Below, piece after piece: positions 25,582 to 36,953 of a stretch of 64,000 bases of DNA. Source of the DNA: Octopus vulgaris (taxonomy: Eukaryota). The notes below the pieces were generated by a model. That model was not told the DNA's origin and did not search any database. It saw nothing but the letters and a program-made list of their open reading frames with translations. The stretch covers positions 14,198,001 through 14,262,000 of the forward strand of contig OX597835.1 of the NCBI GenBank assembly GCA_951406725.2, given 5' to 3'. Each line of letters opens with the position of its first letter. Position 1 is the stretch's first letter. The position numbers were made by a program, and so were the translations under genes.

Positions 25582-26290
25582 TATATATATATATACACAC
25601 ACACACATACATACATATATATTTGGAATTTACAAAAGAAACGAACAAAAGACGAAGACGGGTGTGTAAACAGCCAACAGGTTTATTAGTTTAACGCTCC
25701 GGACTTAGGAAAATTTATATAGGGAGTACTACTAATTTTAAAAATTAGATATAGGGGACACAAGAATTCATTTATTCACCCCTATATAAAAAAAATTCCA
25801 CGACATTTGCATCATGCATTAACCACCTCGTACAGTCTAACCATGAGTATAATTAATGATGGTCGATAATTACTGAATCAACACCATAGAACACATATAC
25901 TAAATCGTATAGGCTTTGCATCAAGGAATCGCGTAGCATACTATACGCTAGTAATAGAAATAAAAACATATTATTAAATAAAATTACAGACATTTTAGTA
26001 TGTTGTAAGCATAAATATTTAGCGTCTTATAATTTTCTTAAACTTTAAAATTAAATTTTTAAAATATAAAACTGTAAAGCTTTTTGAAAATACTATCTGG
26101 ATTAGATCCAATGAATATTTATGCATAAATCTAAAATCTTAAATAATTTCTTTGTTATTGTAGTATATATCAGTAAAAAATGGAATATTCCCAAAATTGC
26201 ATGATTAACTAAATGATTTTCATTTCTCATTTAAACGTGGTAATTCTCTATAAAATACTGTCACTTATTCATCGAAATCAACGTGGAATC

Positions 26291-26307
26291 TCACCATATA
26301 GTGCCTT
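26291..26307 (+). other. Target/TSD sequence TCACCATATAGTGCCTT (repeated at 31548, 36683, 41938, 47208)
   Basis: Identical 17-mer at both ends of the array and at every A-A junction. Confidence 0.92.
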
Positions 26308-26563
26308 CGTGAACATCGATACTCAAAAACGAAACGTGAGTTTTTTGTCTGAAATAGTGTTGTTGAAAGTTAGTAGTTTATTGTTGCTGTGTTAATATTG
26401 TTATTTTGTGTCTTTTCAATAAGACGGTTAGTGGCCTTCGCGCGAAGGTTGTGTACGTAGTTCCCCCCCGTGGGGGAATTATTGTGTGCCTTCGTGTACG
26501 AAACACATTCAAAAACAAAAAAAAAAAAAAAAAATATTTTCTACTAACGGCTGCAAAGCCAGA

Positions 26564-27894
26564 ATGTCCTTGGAAGGCAGTGAATGCAAACTGGAAGGAA
26601 AATTCGAAATGGATTTCCCCATTACCTATTCACCCATCTCAGGTGATGAAGAATCTCAAACCTCGGGTGAGAGAAGCACGCCGGCGGTGACACCGGAAAA
26701 AGAATCGGCGGTAACGCCAGAACAAAAGGCCCCAACAAAGAAGTTTGCGGAAGTTGTTGGACGCAAACAGAAAGATATAGATATAGAAAACCTAGAGAAA
26801 TATGAAGACCTTCTAAAGAAAGAAGGAAATGAAATTGCAGTGAAAAAAGATATGGAAAAAAAGGAAGAGATAGAAAAGAAAAGAATTATATACAAGACAT
26901 ATAGCACGACTACAAAAAGCATACAAAAAGTGGAAGAATGCAAAATAGAGGAGTGCCTGAAGACAATCCGAAAAGATATCACTTACATAAATAGAGGAAG
27001 ACGGTTCGGAACAGTAGAAGTGAGGTTCAGAACCGAAGAAATAGCTAAGAAGCTATCCACAGAACCTCAGAAAGCGGGAAATCTAGTCCTTCTACCCTTG
27101 TACAAAGGAAGAAGGACTTCAAAGATAGTAATGAGAAATATTCCCCCAGAGGCAGACGCCTCATGCCTGGTGGCGGCAGTGATGCTGGGCCTGAAAGAAA
27201 AAATCAACATCCTCCAAGCTACAGTGGAGGAGGAGGGATTTTGGCAGGGCCAGATCATAACAATGGCTATACAAGCAGAGGCCCAGACTCTGGAAGAAAT
27301 ACCAGAGGTGCTGAGGCTAGATGAGGAGGAGCGAGTTCTAGTATTTGTAGAAGGAAGAAAACCGAGGTGCTTCGGCTGCGGAAAGAAGGGGCACGTGAGA
27401 GCGGAGTGTCAACCAAAACCGCAGGTAGAAGAACCGTCGGAGAAAGAAGAAACGGAGGAAAAAAAGGAAACCAAAGAGGTGGAAAAAGCTGCAGAAAAGG
27501 AAAAAGAAAACGAAAAAGAGGAGGGTGGTCTAAAGTTACCAAAAAAAAAACGGAAAACTGAAACCACCCCTCAAGAAGAAGAAAACCTAAAGAAAAGGAA
27601 AGAGGTTACTTCTTCATTTATGGCCATTAAGGCTACTAACAACAGACTTGTCAATGTGTTGGCAGCCATGGCCAAGGTGGAACGTATAAGGAAGATGAAA
27701 GACTTCATCATATATAAAATAGGCCGGAAGGACTACAGGAGGATAAAATCCGAGTTCTTCCACGACGTGGGCCCTCTGAGACTGGACATGTCTCCATATC
27801 TATACGAGGGCCTACGTCGGACTCCCCCACGAGCCAAAGAAAAAAAAATGAAGAAGAAGGCGAAACCGCCGAAAAAGCCAAACTACCGATATAA
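26564..27894 (+). CDS. ORF1p (RRM-like region plus CX2CX4HX4C knuckle); homopolymer indels shift the C-terminal frame
   Basis: CFGCGKKGHVRAEC. ATG at 26564 or 26609; stop inferred from copies 2 and 4. Confidence 0.8.
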
Positions 27895-27902
27895 GGTAAG
27901 TG

Positions 27903-30900
27903 ATGAACTACATTTGTGTTGGTTGTTTAAATGTGCGCGGCCTGGGATCAAGCGGGAAGCAAGGTCGCTTCCTTAATGATATCAGGTCGCGCAATTTGGA
28001 TGTTATTGTTGCTACAGAAACCCGGTTAAAGGGGCCAAGAGATCTACTCCCACTGTTTGACGGCTACGAGAGTTTTTTCTCTCCTGGCAGTCCTGCAGGC
28101 GGGAGTGGGGTGTTGGTCCTACTAAAAAGAAACCGGGTTTTTGAGAAAAAGTTAATTTTTTCAGACCCAGAAGGTAGGCTGGTCGTCATGGATTTGACGT
28201 TCAGTAACGGTAAAGTTATCAGACTGGTTGCAATTTACGCACCCTGCAATGGGCAAAGTGATTATTATCGCGATCTAGAGAACTTTCTCGGTACTTCGCA
28301 TTCAATAGTTGTGCTAGGAGACTTTAACACAATTTGCAAAGCGGATGTAGATTGTGTTGGCTCGAATGATAGAAAAGGTAACACATGCTTCCTGGAACTG
28401 CTAAGCCGCTTTGAGCTAGCAGATCCTTATAGGTTGGAATTTCCGAACGCTCCATTGTGGACATGGTCAAACAGCGACGGATCTTCCAGGTCATACATAG
28501 ATAGAATTCTAATTAGAAAGGTAGACAGTAAAATAGCTAAGCGTCCACAGTTTTACCAGATCAGCTACAGTGATCATAAAATGGTCACTTGTAAGCTTGA
28601 CATAGATAAGGTTAGAAAGAGAGGATCCGGTTACTGGAAACTTAATACGTCCCTTTTGGCGATTAAGGAGTACAGAGACCGGATTAGGACCATAATTCAG
28701 AGGGCGCTGTCTGGTGCCATCATTAATAACAAATGGTGGTACGCCCTCAAACGAGCCATCAAGTTTGAGTCTATTAGATATAGCATAGGAGTAGTGTCTA
28801 GAGAGGCTAGAAGGGAAACTACTCTAGTTAAGGAATTAGAGGAAGCCATGAAAACTGGCTCTGCGGCTCAGGTGGCGTCCAAGAGACTGGTGTTAAACCA
28901 GCACCTCGAGGCCAAACACATGGGTTGCATTGTCAGGGCTAGAATCCGTCATATGGGATGTGAAGGAATCAACGCCGTGAGATGGGCCCGAGTGGTGGAA
29001 GCCCGGAATGGCAACGATGCCACGATTCGATCTTTGAAGAACCAACAAGGTGAGTTGATGGACGAACCCGAGGAGATGTGTGAGGCCTTTCAGGAGCGCT
29101 TCGCTCAGCTTTTCGGTGAGTGCGGCGGGCTGGATAGGAGGAGGGCCTTTACGGACCTACTCGACGGGCTGCCGCGCTTATCGGGGCGAGATGCGGAGGG
29201 CTGTGAAGGGCCAATCACGCCTGAGGAGGTGGTGGAGGCAATGGCGGACTGCGGCGCGGGCAAGGCGCCGGGTTTGGATGGTCTACCCTACGAGTTATAT
29301 AAGAATATGCCAGACTTGTTCGGGCACCTACTGGCGGAAGTCTATGCGAACTGGCAGCAGAACGGGTTGATACCCAGATCTGTGCGCCGGGGAGTAGTGA
29401 CTCTCGTCAGAAAGGACCCGAGCAAGGGGGAGTGCATTGATAATTTCAGGCCCATCACTCTGCTAAACACAGAGTTGAAGATTTTGGCCAAAGTGTTATC
29501 GAAAAGATTGGCGCGTGTCGCGGATGGTCTGATCGGGGAGGCACAGACATGTGCCGTTCCGGGCAGAACCATTCAGGATAATCTCCATCTAATGCGGTAC
29601 ACTATAGAGGGGTTTAATAGTGATTCTGGCAAGGGTGGGGCACTGGTCCATTTAGACCAATCCAAAGCTTTTGATAGGGTCGACCATCGTTACCTGGTGT
29701 CTGCTCTGGCACAGTTCGGGCTGGGCCTTGGCTTCCTCAGGTGGATTATCCAAATTTACGACAACATCGACTCGGTAGTTCGGGTGAACGGCTTCTTGTC
29801 GAAGCCGTTCAAAATCAAACGCTCGGTTCGTCAAGGGTGTCCGCTCTCCCCGCTTTTGTACGTGATGGCTCTTGAGCCATTACTGCGAAAACTGAGCGGC
29901 ATCCCGAGACAGCCAGGTAATGGAAAATCAGTGTCAGCGTACGCGGACGACATCACCATCATCGTGACCGAAATGGACCACCTATGTAAAGTAGGCAAGG
30001 CCATAGAGGATTACGAGACGGTGACAGGAGCAAAAGTTAATCGCGAAAAGTCAGTCGGCTTGCAACTCGGCACCTGGAGAGGCAAGTCGATGCCTCCTGA
30101 CAGCGTCGTGGGACGTTGGACGGAGGGTCCGATTAAACTGCTAGGGGTCTGGTTCGGTCCAGACCTCCAAATAGAGAAGAATTGGGGCGAGGTAACGAGC
30201 AAGGTGGCTGCAGTAGCCAAGACCTGGTCTAGGCGGTGGCTATCCTTGAAAGGGAGGGCGGAGGTGGCCAATGTGTTTATCGCATCGGTTATCATCTACC
30301 GCCTTTCCGTCGTTCCATGCCCTGATTCGTGGTTGACCAAGTTGGAAAGACAGCTCTTCTACTTCCTGTGGAAGGGCAGGAAACCACTTGTGAAACGCTC
30401 TACTTGCTGTCAACAACCGTTAAAGGGTGGGCTAGGGATGCCTTGGCTGATGATGCGCAGACATGCGCTGAGGTTAAGACATCTGTGGCTCTACCTGGAT
30501 GGTGAACGGGTGTGGTCTCCGTTAGCAAAACTGATGTTTCCCAAGTTCACTAGTTTCGGTGGATGGGAAACCTGGTTGAATCGTAGATCGAAACTCGGTA
30601 CATGGTATACGGAGTGTCGAAAGGCCCTCCTGCTATTCCGTCGCTCGGGCAACGCCTGCGGTGGGGGTTCCACCACATTCTTCTATAGAGGGTTGGTAGA
30701 GGCGGAATGTGAAGACACCTTGGGGGAAACCCTGGGTCTCGACGATAATCAGCTGGCTAGTCTGTTCCGACGTACGTTCGGGCCGAAGACTCTGGACAAC
30801 TTCCAGAAGTCTCTGGCATGGCAATGCTACAGAGGAGCTCTACCTGTTCGGGATAAACTCGCAAGGCACGGTGGCCAAGACAGTCCGATGTGTCCAAGAT

Positions 30901-31292
30901 GCGGGCGGGATAGGGAAACCGTCCCGCACGCTATTGTTCATTGTTCGGACGTGTCTGAGGTGTGGGTTTATGCCGAACAGCTGTTGTCAAGCACACGAAG
31001 AGTACAGCTGTCGACTGAGTGTATTAAAAAAATTGACCCACCAGATTTCCTCGCGAAAGAAGGTAAGACTTGTTTTCTCGTTGTGGTAGCAATTGCGAAG
31101 GAGGTGATATGGAAGACGAGAATGAAAGGTATACGGTCAGGCAAGTTCATATCCGGCCCTGGGTTGATGAACTACTTCATCTACCACCTGAAAAGGAAGA
31201 TAGGGCTGGAGAGAAAATGCCTGACTAAAAGAGTGTATGAAGAACGATGGAAGGATGTAGCACGGAAGTTGAGAATGGATGACACCATATAA
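27903..31292 (+). CDS. ORF2p: APE endonuclease + reverse transcriptase + C-terminal CCHC, intact
   Basis: LNVRGL, ATET, LGDFN, YIDRI, YSDH, WKLN; KAPGLDG, FRPITLLN, DQSKAFDRV, RQGCPLSP, YADD; GGLG; CPRC..H..C. Confidence 0.96.
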   Translation: MNYICVGCLNVRGLGSSGKQGRFLNDIRSRNLDVIVATETRLKGPRDLLPLFDGYESFFSPGSPAGGSGVLVLLKRNRVFEKKLIFSDPEGRLVVMDLTFSNGKVIRLVAIYAPCNGQSDYYRDLENFLGTSHSIVVLGDFNTICKADVDCVGSNDRKGNTCFLELLSRFELADPYRLEFPNAPLWTWSNSDGSSRSYIDRILIRKVDSKIAKRPQFYQISYSDHKMVTCKLDIDKVRKRGSGYWKLNTSLLAIKEYRDRIRTIIQRALSGAIINNKWWYALKRAIKFESIRYSIGVVSREARRETTLVKELEEAMKTGSAAQVASKRLVLNQHLEAKHMGCIVRARIRHMGCEGINAVRWARVVEARNGNDATIRSLKNQQGELMDEPEEMCEAFQERFAQLFGECGGLDRRRAFTDLLDGLPRLSGRDAEGCEGPITPEEVVEAMADCGAGKAPGLDGLPYELYKNMPDLFGHLLAEVYANWQQNGLIPRSVRRGVVTLVRKDPSKGECIDNFRPITLLNTELKILAKVLSKRLARVADGLIGEAQTCAVPGRTIQDNLHLMRYTIEGFNSDSGKGGALVHLDQSKAFDRVDHRYLVSALAQFGLGLGFLRWIIQIYDNIDSVVRVNGFLSKPFKIKRSVRQGCPLSPLLYVMALEPLLRKLSGIPRQPGNGKSVSAYADDITIIVTEMDHLCKVGKAIEDYETVTGAKVNREKSVGLQLGTWRGKSMPPDSVVGRWTEGPIKLLGVWFGPDLQIEKNWGEVTSKVAAVAKTWSRRWLSLKGRAEVANVFIASVIIYRLSVVPCPDSWLTKLERQLFYFLWKGRKPLVKRSTCCQQPLKGGLGMPWLMMRRHALRLRHLWLYLDGERVWSPLAKLMFPKFTSFGGWETWLNRRSKLGTWYTECRKALLLFRRSGNACGGGSTTFFYRGLVEAECEDTLGETLGLDDNQLASLFRRTFGPKTLDNFQKSLAWQCYRGALPVRDKLARHGGQDSPMCPRCGRDRETVPHAIVHCSDVSEVWVYAEQLLSSTRRVQLSTECIKKIDPPDFLAKEGKTCFLVVVAIAKEVIWKTRMKGIRSGKFISGPGLMNYFIYHLKRKIGLERKCLTKRVYEERWKDVARKLRMDDTI

Positions 31293-31826
31293 ATGTAGAT
31301 CAAAACGAAACCAAAAGTATCAGTGGTGAGGCGGGGCTCGTGGGGTCCGAGCTGAACCCGCCCCCACTCCACCTGTAGTGTCTTCCGGTCTGTTTTTTCT
31401 CATTCGATTTTTATAATTTTTGCAATTTTTGTAAATTTTTGAAATTTTTAAACTCATACTTTTGTAACCTCATACGTGAATCTGACCCCACATCAGGTTG
31501 TATTGTCCCCTCTTTGTTGGCCCCTTGTGGGTAATAATAAAAGAATCTCACCATATAGTGCCTTCGTGAACATCGATACTCAAAAACGAAACGTGAGTTT
31601 TTTGTCTGAAATAGTGTTGTTGAAAGTTAGTAGTTTATTGTTGCTGTGTTAATATTGTTATTTTGTGTCTTTTTCAATAAGACGGTTAGTGGCCTTCGCG
31701 CGAAGGTTGTGTACGTAGTTCCCCCCCCGTGGGGGAATTATTGTGTGCCTTCGTGTACGAAACACATTCAAAAACAAAAAAAAAAAAAAAAAAAAAATAT
31801 TTTCTACTAACGGCTGCAAAGCCAGA

Positions 31827-33158
31827 ATGTCCTTGGAAGGCAGTGAATGCAAACTGGAAGGAAAATTCGAAATGGATTTCCCCATTACCTATTCACCCAT
31901 CTCAGGTGATGAAGAATCTCAAACCTCGGGTGAGAGAAGCACGCCGGCGGTGACACCGGAAAAAGAATCGGCGGTAACGCCAGAACAAAAGGCCCCAACA
32001 AAGAAGTTTGCGGAAGTTGTTGGACGCAAACAGAAAGATATAGATATAGAAAACCTAGAGAAATATGAAGACCTTCTAAAGAAAGAAGGAAATGAAATTG
32101 CAGTGAAAAAAGATATGGAAAAAAAGGAAGAGATAGAAAAGAAAAGAATTATATACAAGACATATAGCACGACTACAAAAAGCATACAAAAAGTGGAAGA
32201 ATGCAAAATAGAGGAGTGCCTGAAGACAATCCGAAAAGATATCACTTACATAAATAGAGGAAGACGGTTCGGAACAGTAGAAGTGAGGTTCAGAACCGAA
32301 GAAATAGCTAAGAAGCTATCCACAGAACCTCAGAAAGCGGGAAATCTAGTCCTTCTACCCTTGTACAAAGGAAGAAGGACTTCAAAGATAGTAATGAGAA
32401 ATATTCCCCCAGAGGCAGACGCCTCATGCCTGGTGGCGGCAGTGATGCTGGGCCTGAAAGAAAAAATCAACATCCTCCAAGCTACAGTGGAGGAGGAGGG
32501 ATTTTGGCAGGGCCAGATCATAACAATGGCTATACAAGCAGAGGCCCAGACTCTGGAAGAAATACCAGAGGTGCTGAGGCTAGATGAGGAGGAGCGAGTT
32601 CTAGTATTTGTAGAAGGAAGAAAACCGAGGTGCTTCGGCTGCGGAAAGAAGGGGCACGTGAGAGCGGAGTGTCAACCGAAACCGCAGGCAGAAGAACCGT
32701 CGGAGAAAGAAGAAACGGAGGAAAAAAAGGAAACCAAAGAGGTGGAAAAAGCTGCAGAAAAGGAAAAAGAAAACGAAAAAGAGGAGGGGTGGTCTAAAGT
32801 TACCAAAAAAAAACGGAAAACTGAAACCACCCCTCAAGAAGAAGAAAACCTAAAGAAAAGGAAAGAGGTTACTTCTTCATTTATGGCCATTAAGGCTACT
32901 AACAACAGACTTGTCAATGTGTTGGCAGCCATGGCCAAGGTGGAACGTGTAAGGAAGATGAAAGACTTCATCATATATAAAATAGGCCGGAAGGACTACA
33001 GGAGGATAAAATCCGAGTTCTTCCACGACGTGGGCCCTCTGAGACTGGACATGTCTCCATATCTATACGAGGGCCTACGTCGGACTCCCCCACGAGCCAA
33101 AGAAAAAAAAAATGAAGAAGAAGGCGAAACCGCCGAAAAAGCCAAACTACCGATATAA
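31827..33158 (+). CDS. ORF1p, intact
   Basis: Continuous ORF with CCHC knuckle; stops 8 nt before the ORF2 ATG. Confidence 0.88.
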   Translation: MSLEGSECKLEGKFEMDFPITYSPISGDEESQTSGERSTPAVTPEKESAVTPEQKAPTKKFAEVVGRKQKDIDIENLEKYEDLLKKEGNEIAVKKDMEKKEEIEKKRIIYKTYSTTTKSIQKVEECKIEECLKTIRKDITYINRGRRFGTVEVRFRTEEIAKKLSTEPQKAGNLVLLPLYKGRRTSKIVMRNIPPEADASCLVAAVMLGLKEKINILQATVEEEGFWQGQIITMAIQAEAQTLEEIPEVLRLDEEERVLVFVEGRKPRCFGCGKKGHVRAECQPKPQAEEPSEKEETEEKKETKEVEKAAEKEKENEKEEGWSKVTKKKRKTETTPQEEENLKKRKEVTSSFMAIKATNNRLVNVLAAMAKVERVRKMKDFIIYKIGRKDYRRIKSEFFHDVGPLRLDMSPYLYEGLRRTPPRAKEKKNEEEGETAEKAKLPI

Positions 33159-33166
33159 GGTAAGTG

Positions 33167-36100
33167 ATGAACTACATTTGTGTTGGTTGTTTAAATGTGC
33201 GCGGCCTGGGATCAAGCGGGAAGCAAGGTCGCTTCCTTAATGATATCAGGTCGCGCAATTTGGATGTTATTGTTGCTACAGAAACCCGGTTAAAGGGGCC
33301 AAGAGATCTACTCCCACTGTTTGACGGCTACGAGAGTTTTTCTCTCCTGGCAGTCCTGCAGGCGGGAGTGGGGTGTTGGTCCTACTAAAAAGAAACCGGG
33401 TTTTTGAGAAAAAGTTAATTTTTTCAGACCCAGAAGGTAGGCTGGTCGTCATGGATTTGACGTTCAGTAACGGTAAAGTTATCAGACTGGTTGCAATTTA
33501 CGCACCCTGCAATGGGCAAAGTGATTATTATCGCGATCTAGAGAACTTTCTCGGTACTTCGCATTCAATAGTTGTGCTAGGAGACTTTAACACAATTTGC
33601 AAAGCGGATGTAGATTGTGTTGGCTCGAATGATAGAAAAGGTAACACATGCTTCCTGGAACTGCTAAGCCGCTTTGAGCTAGCAGATCCTTATAGGTTGG
33701 AATTTCCGAACGCTCCATTGTGGACATGGTCAAACAGCGACGGATCTTCCAGGTCATACATAGATAGAATTCTAATTAGAAAGGTAGACAGTAAAATAGC
33801 TAAGCGTCCACAGTTTTACCAGATCAGCTACAGTGATCATAAAATGGTCACTTGTAAGCTTGACATAGATAAGGTTAGAAAGAGAGGATCCGGTTACTGG
33901 AAACTTAATACGTCCCTTTTGGCGATTAAGGAGTACAGAGACCGGATTAGGACCATAATTCAGAGGGCGCTGTCTGGTGCCATCATTAATAACAAATGGT
34001 GGTACGCCCTCAAACGAGCCATCAAGTTTGAGTCTATTAGATATAGCATAGGAGTAGTGTCTAGAGAGGCTAGAAGGGAAACTACTCTAGTTAAGGAATT
34101 AGAGGAAGCCATGAAAACTGGCTCTGCGGCTCAGGTGGCGTCCAAGAGACTGGTGTTAAACCAGCACCTCGAGGCCAAACACATGGGTTGCATTGTCAGG
34201 GCTAGAATCCGTCATATGGGATGTGAAGGAATCAACGCCGTGAGATGGGCCCGAGTGGTGGAAGCCCGGAATGGGCACGATTCGATCGTTTGAAGAACCA
34301 ACAAGGTGAGTTTGGACGAACCCGAGGAGATGTGTGAGGCTCTTCAGGAGCGCTTCGCTCAGCTTTTCGGTGAGTGCGGCTTTGAACGGACCTACCAACA
34401 AGGTGATGGAGGGCTGTGAATGCCAATCATGCGCTGACGAGGTGGTGGAACAATGGCGGACTGCGGCGCGGGAGGAGATGTGGTCTACCCTACGAGTTAT
34501 ATAAGAATATGCCAGACTTGTTCGGTGGATAACTGGTTGAATCGTAGATCGAAACTGCAGCAGAAGGAGTGTCGAATCTGTGCGTTGCTATTCCGTCGCT
34601 CGAAGGCAACGCCTGCGGTGGAGGGTTCCACCATCATCTTCTATAGAGGGTTGGTAGAGGCGGAAAGTGAAGACACCTTGGGGGAAACGCGGGTCTCGAC
34701 GATAATCAGCTGGCTAGTCTGTTCCGACAGTACGTTCCGGGCAGAACCATTGGAAACGCATCTAATGCGGTACAACATAGAGGAGCTCTAGTGTTCGGGG
34801 TGGGCACTGGTCCAAGACCAATCCAAGATGCTGATAGGGAAACCGTCCCGCACGCTATTCGTTATTGTCTTCGGACGTTCTGAGGTGTGGGTTTTGCCGA
34901 ACAGCTGTTGTCAAGCACACGAAGAGTACAGCTGTCGAAGCCGTTCAAAATCAAACGCTCGGTTCGTCAAGGGTGTCCGCTCTCCCGCTTTTGTACGTGA
35001 TGGCTCTTGAGCCATTACTGCGAAAAGAGCGGCATCCCGAGACAGCCAGGTAATGGAAAATCAGTGTCAGCGTACATGGCGGACGACATCACCATCATCG
35101 TGACCGAAATGGACCACCTATGTAAAGTAGGCAAGGCCATAGAGGATTACGAGACGGTGACAGGAGCAAAAAGTTAATCGCGAAAAGTCAGTCGGCTTGC
35201 AACTCGGCACCTGGAGGCAAGTCGATGCCTCCTGACAGCGTCGTGGGACGTTGGACGGAGGGTCCGATTAAACTGCTAGGGGTCTGGTTCGGTCCAGACC
35301 TCCAAATAGAGAAGAATTGGGGCGAGGTAACGAGCAAGGTGGCTGCAGTAGCCAAGACCTGGTCTAGGCGGTGGCTATCCTTGAAAGGGAGGGCGGAGGT
35401 GGCCAATGTGTTTATCGCATCGGTTATCATCTACCGCCTTTCCGTCGTTCCATGCCCTGATTCGTGGTTGACCAAGTTGGAAAGACAGCTCTTCTACTTC
35501 CTGTGGAAGGGCAGGAAACCACTTGTGAAACGCTCTACTTGCTGTCAACAACCGTTAAAGGGTGGGCTAGGGATGCCTTGGCTGATGATGCGCAGACATG
35601 CGCTGAGGTTAAGACATCTGTGGCTCTACCTGGATGGTGAACGGGTGTGGTCTCCGTTAGCAAAACTGATGTTTCCCAAGTTCACTAGTTTCGGTGGATG
35701 GGAAACCTGGTTGAATCGTAGATCGAAACTCGGTACATGGTATACGGAGTGTCGAAAGGCCCTCCTGCTATTCCGTCGCTCGGGCAACGCCTGCGGTGGG
35801 GGTTCCACCACATTCTTCTATAGAGGGTTGGTAGAGGCGGAATGTGAAGACACCTTGGGGGAAACCCTGGGTCTCGACGATAATCAGCTGGCTAGTCTGT
35901 TCCGACGTACGTTCGGGCCGAAGACTCTGGACAACTTCCAGAAGTCTCTGGCATGGCAATGCTACAGAGGAGCTCTACCTGTTCGGGATAAACTCGCAAG
36001 GCACGGTGGCCAAGACAGTCCGATGTGTCCAAGATGCGGGCGGGATAGGGAAACCGTCCCGCACGCTATTGTTCATTGTTCGGACGTGTCTGAGGTGTGG

Positions 36101-36427
36101 GTTTATGCCGAACAGCTGTTGTCAAGCACACGAAGAGTACAGCTGTCGACTGAGTGTATTAAAAAAATTGACCCACCAGATTTCCTCGCGAAAGAAGGTA
36201 AGACTTGTTTTCTCGTTGTGGTAGCAATTGCGAAGGAGGTGATATGGAAGACGAGAATGAAAGGTATACGGTCAGGCAAGTTCATATCCGGCCCTGGGTT
36301 GATGAACTACTTCATCTACCACCTGAAAAGGAAGATAGGGCTGGAGAGAAAATGCCTGACTAAAAGAGTGTATGAAGAACGATGGAAGGATGTAGCACGG
36401 AAGTTGAGAATGGATGACACCATATAA
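33167..36427 (+). pseudogene. ORF2, disrupted (frameshift near 33340; scrambled RT region, probably an assembly artefact)
   Basis: Fragments 33164-33388, 33373-34293 and 35225-36427 match the intact ORF2. Confidence 0.8.
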
Positions 36428-36953
36428 ATGTAGATCAAAACGAAACCAAAAGTATCAGTGGTGAGGCGGGGCTCGTGGGGTCCGAGCTGAACCCGCCCCC
36501 ACTCCACCTGTAGTGTCTTCCGGTCTGTTTTTTCTCATTCGATTTTTATAATTTTTGCAATTTTTGTAAATTTTTGAAATTTTTAAACTCATACTTTTGT
36601 AACCTCATACGTGAATCTGACCCCACATCAGGTTGTATTGTCCCCTCTTTGTTGGCCCCTTGTGGGTAATAATAAAAGAATCTCACCATATAGTGCCTTC
36701 GTGAACATCGATACTCAAAAACGAAACGTGAGTTTTTTGTCTGAAATAGTGTTGTTGAAAGTTAGTAGTTTATTGTTGCTGTGTTAATATTGTTATTTTG
36801 TGTCTTTTCAATAAGACGGTTAGTGGCCTTCGCGCGAAGGTTGTGTACGTAGTTCCCCCCCGTGGGGGAATTATTGTGTGCCTTCGTGTACGAAACACAT
36901 TCAAAAACAAAAAAAAAAAAAAAATATTTTCTACTAACGGCTGCAAAGCCAGA

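Larger units (their letters stand above)
26308..31547 (+). mobile_element. Full-length L1/Tx1-type non-LTR retrotransposon, family A copy 1
   Basis: 5'UTR, ORF1, ORF2, 3'UTR ending AATAATAAAAGAATC; bounded by the target 17-mer. Confidence 0.95.
31565..36682 (+). mobile_element. Family A copy 2 (ORF2 scrambled at ~34270-35220)
   Basis: Near-identical to copy 1 outside the scrambled segment. Confidence 0.92.

Noticed and set aside
27895-27976. ORF1 extension overlapping ORF2 (programmed frameshift) in copies 1 and 3
   Set aside because: Caused by an A9 vs A10/A7 homopolymer difference; it does not fuse into the ORF2 frame and is probably a sequencing indel
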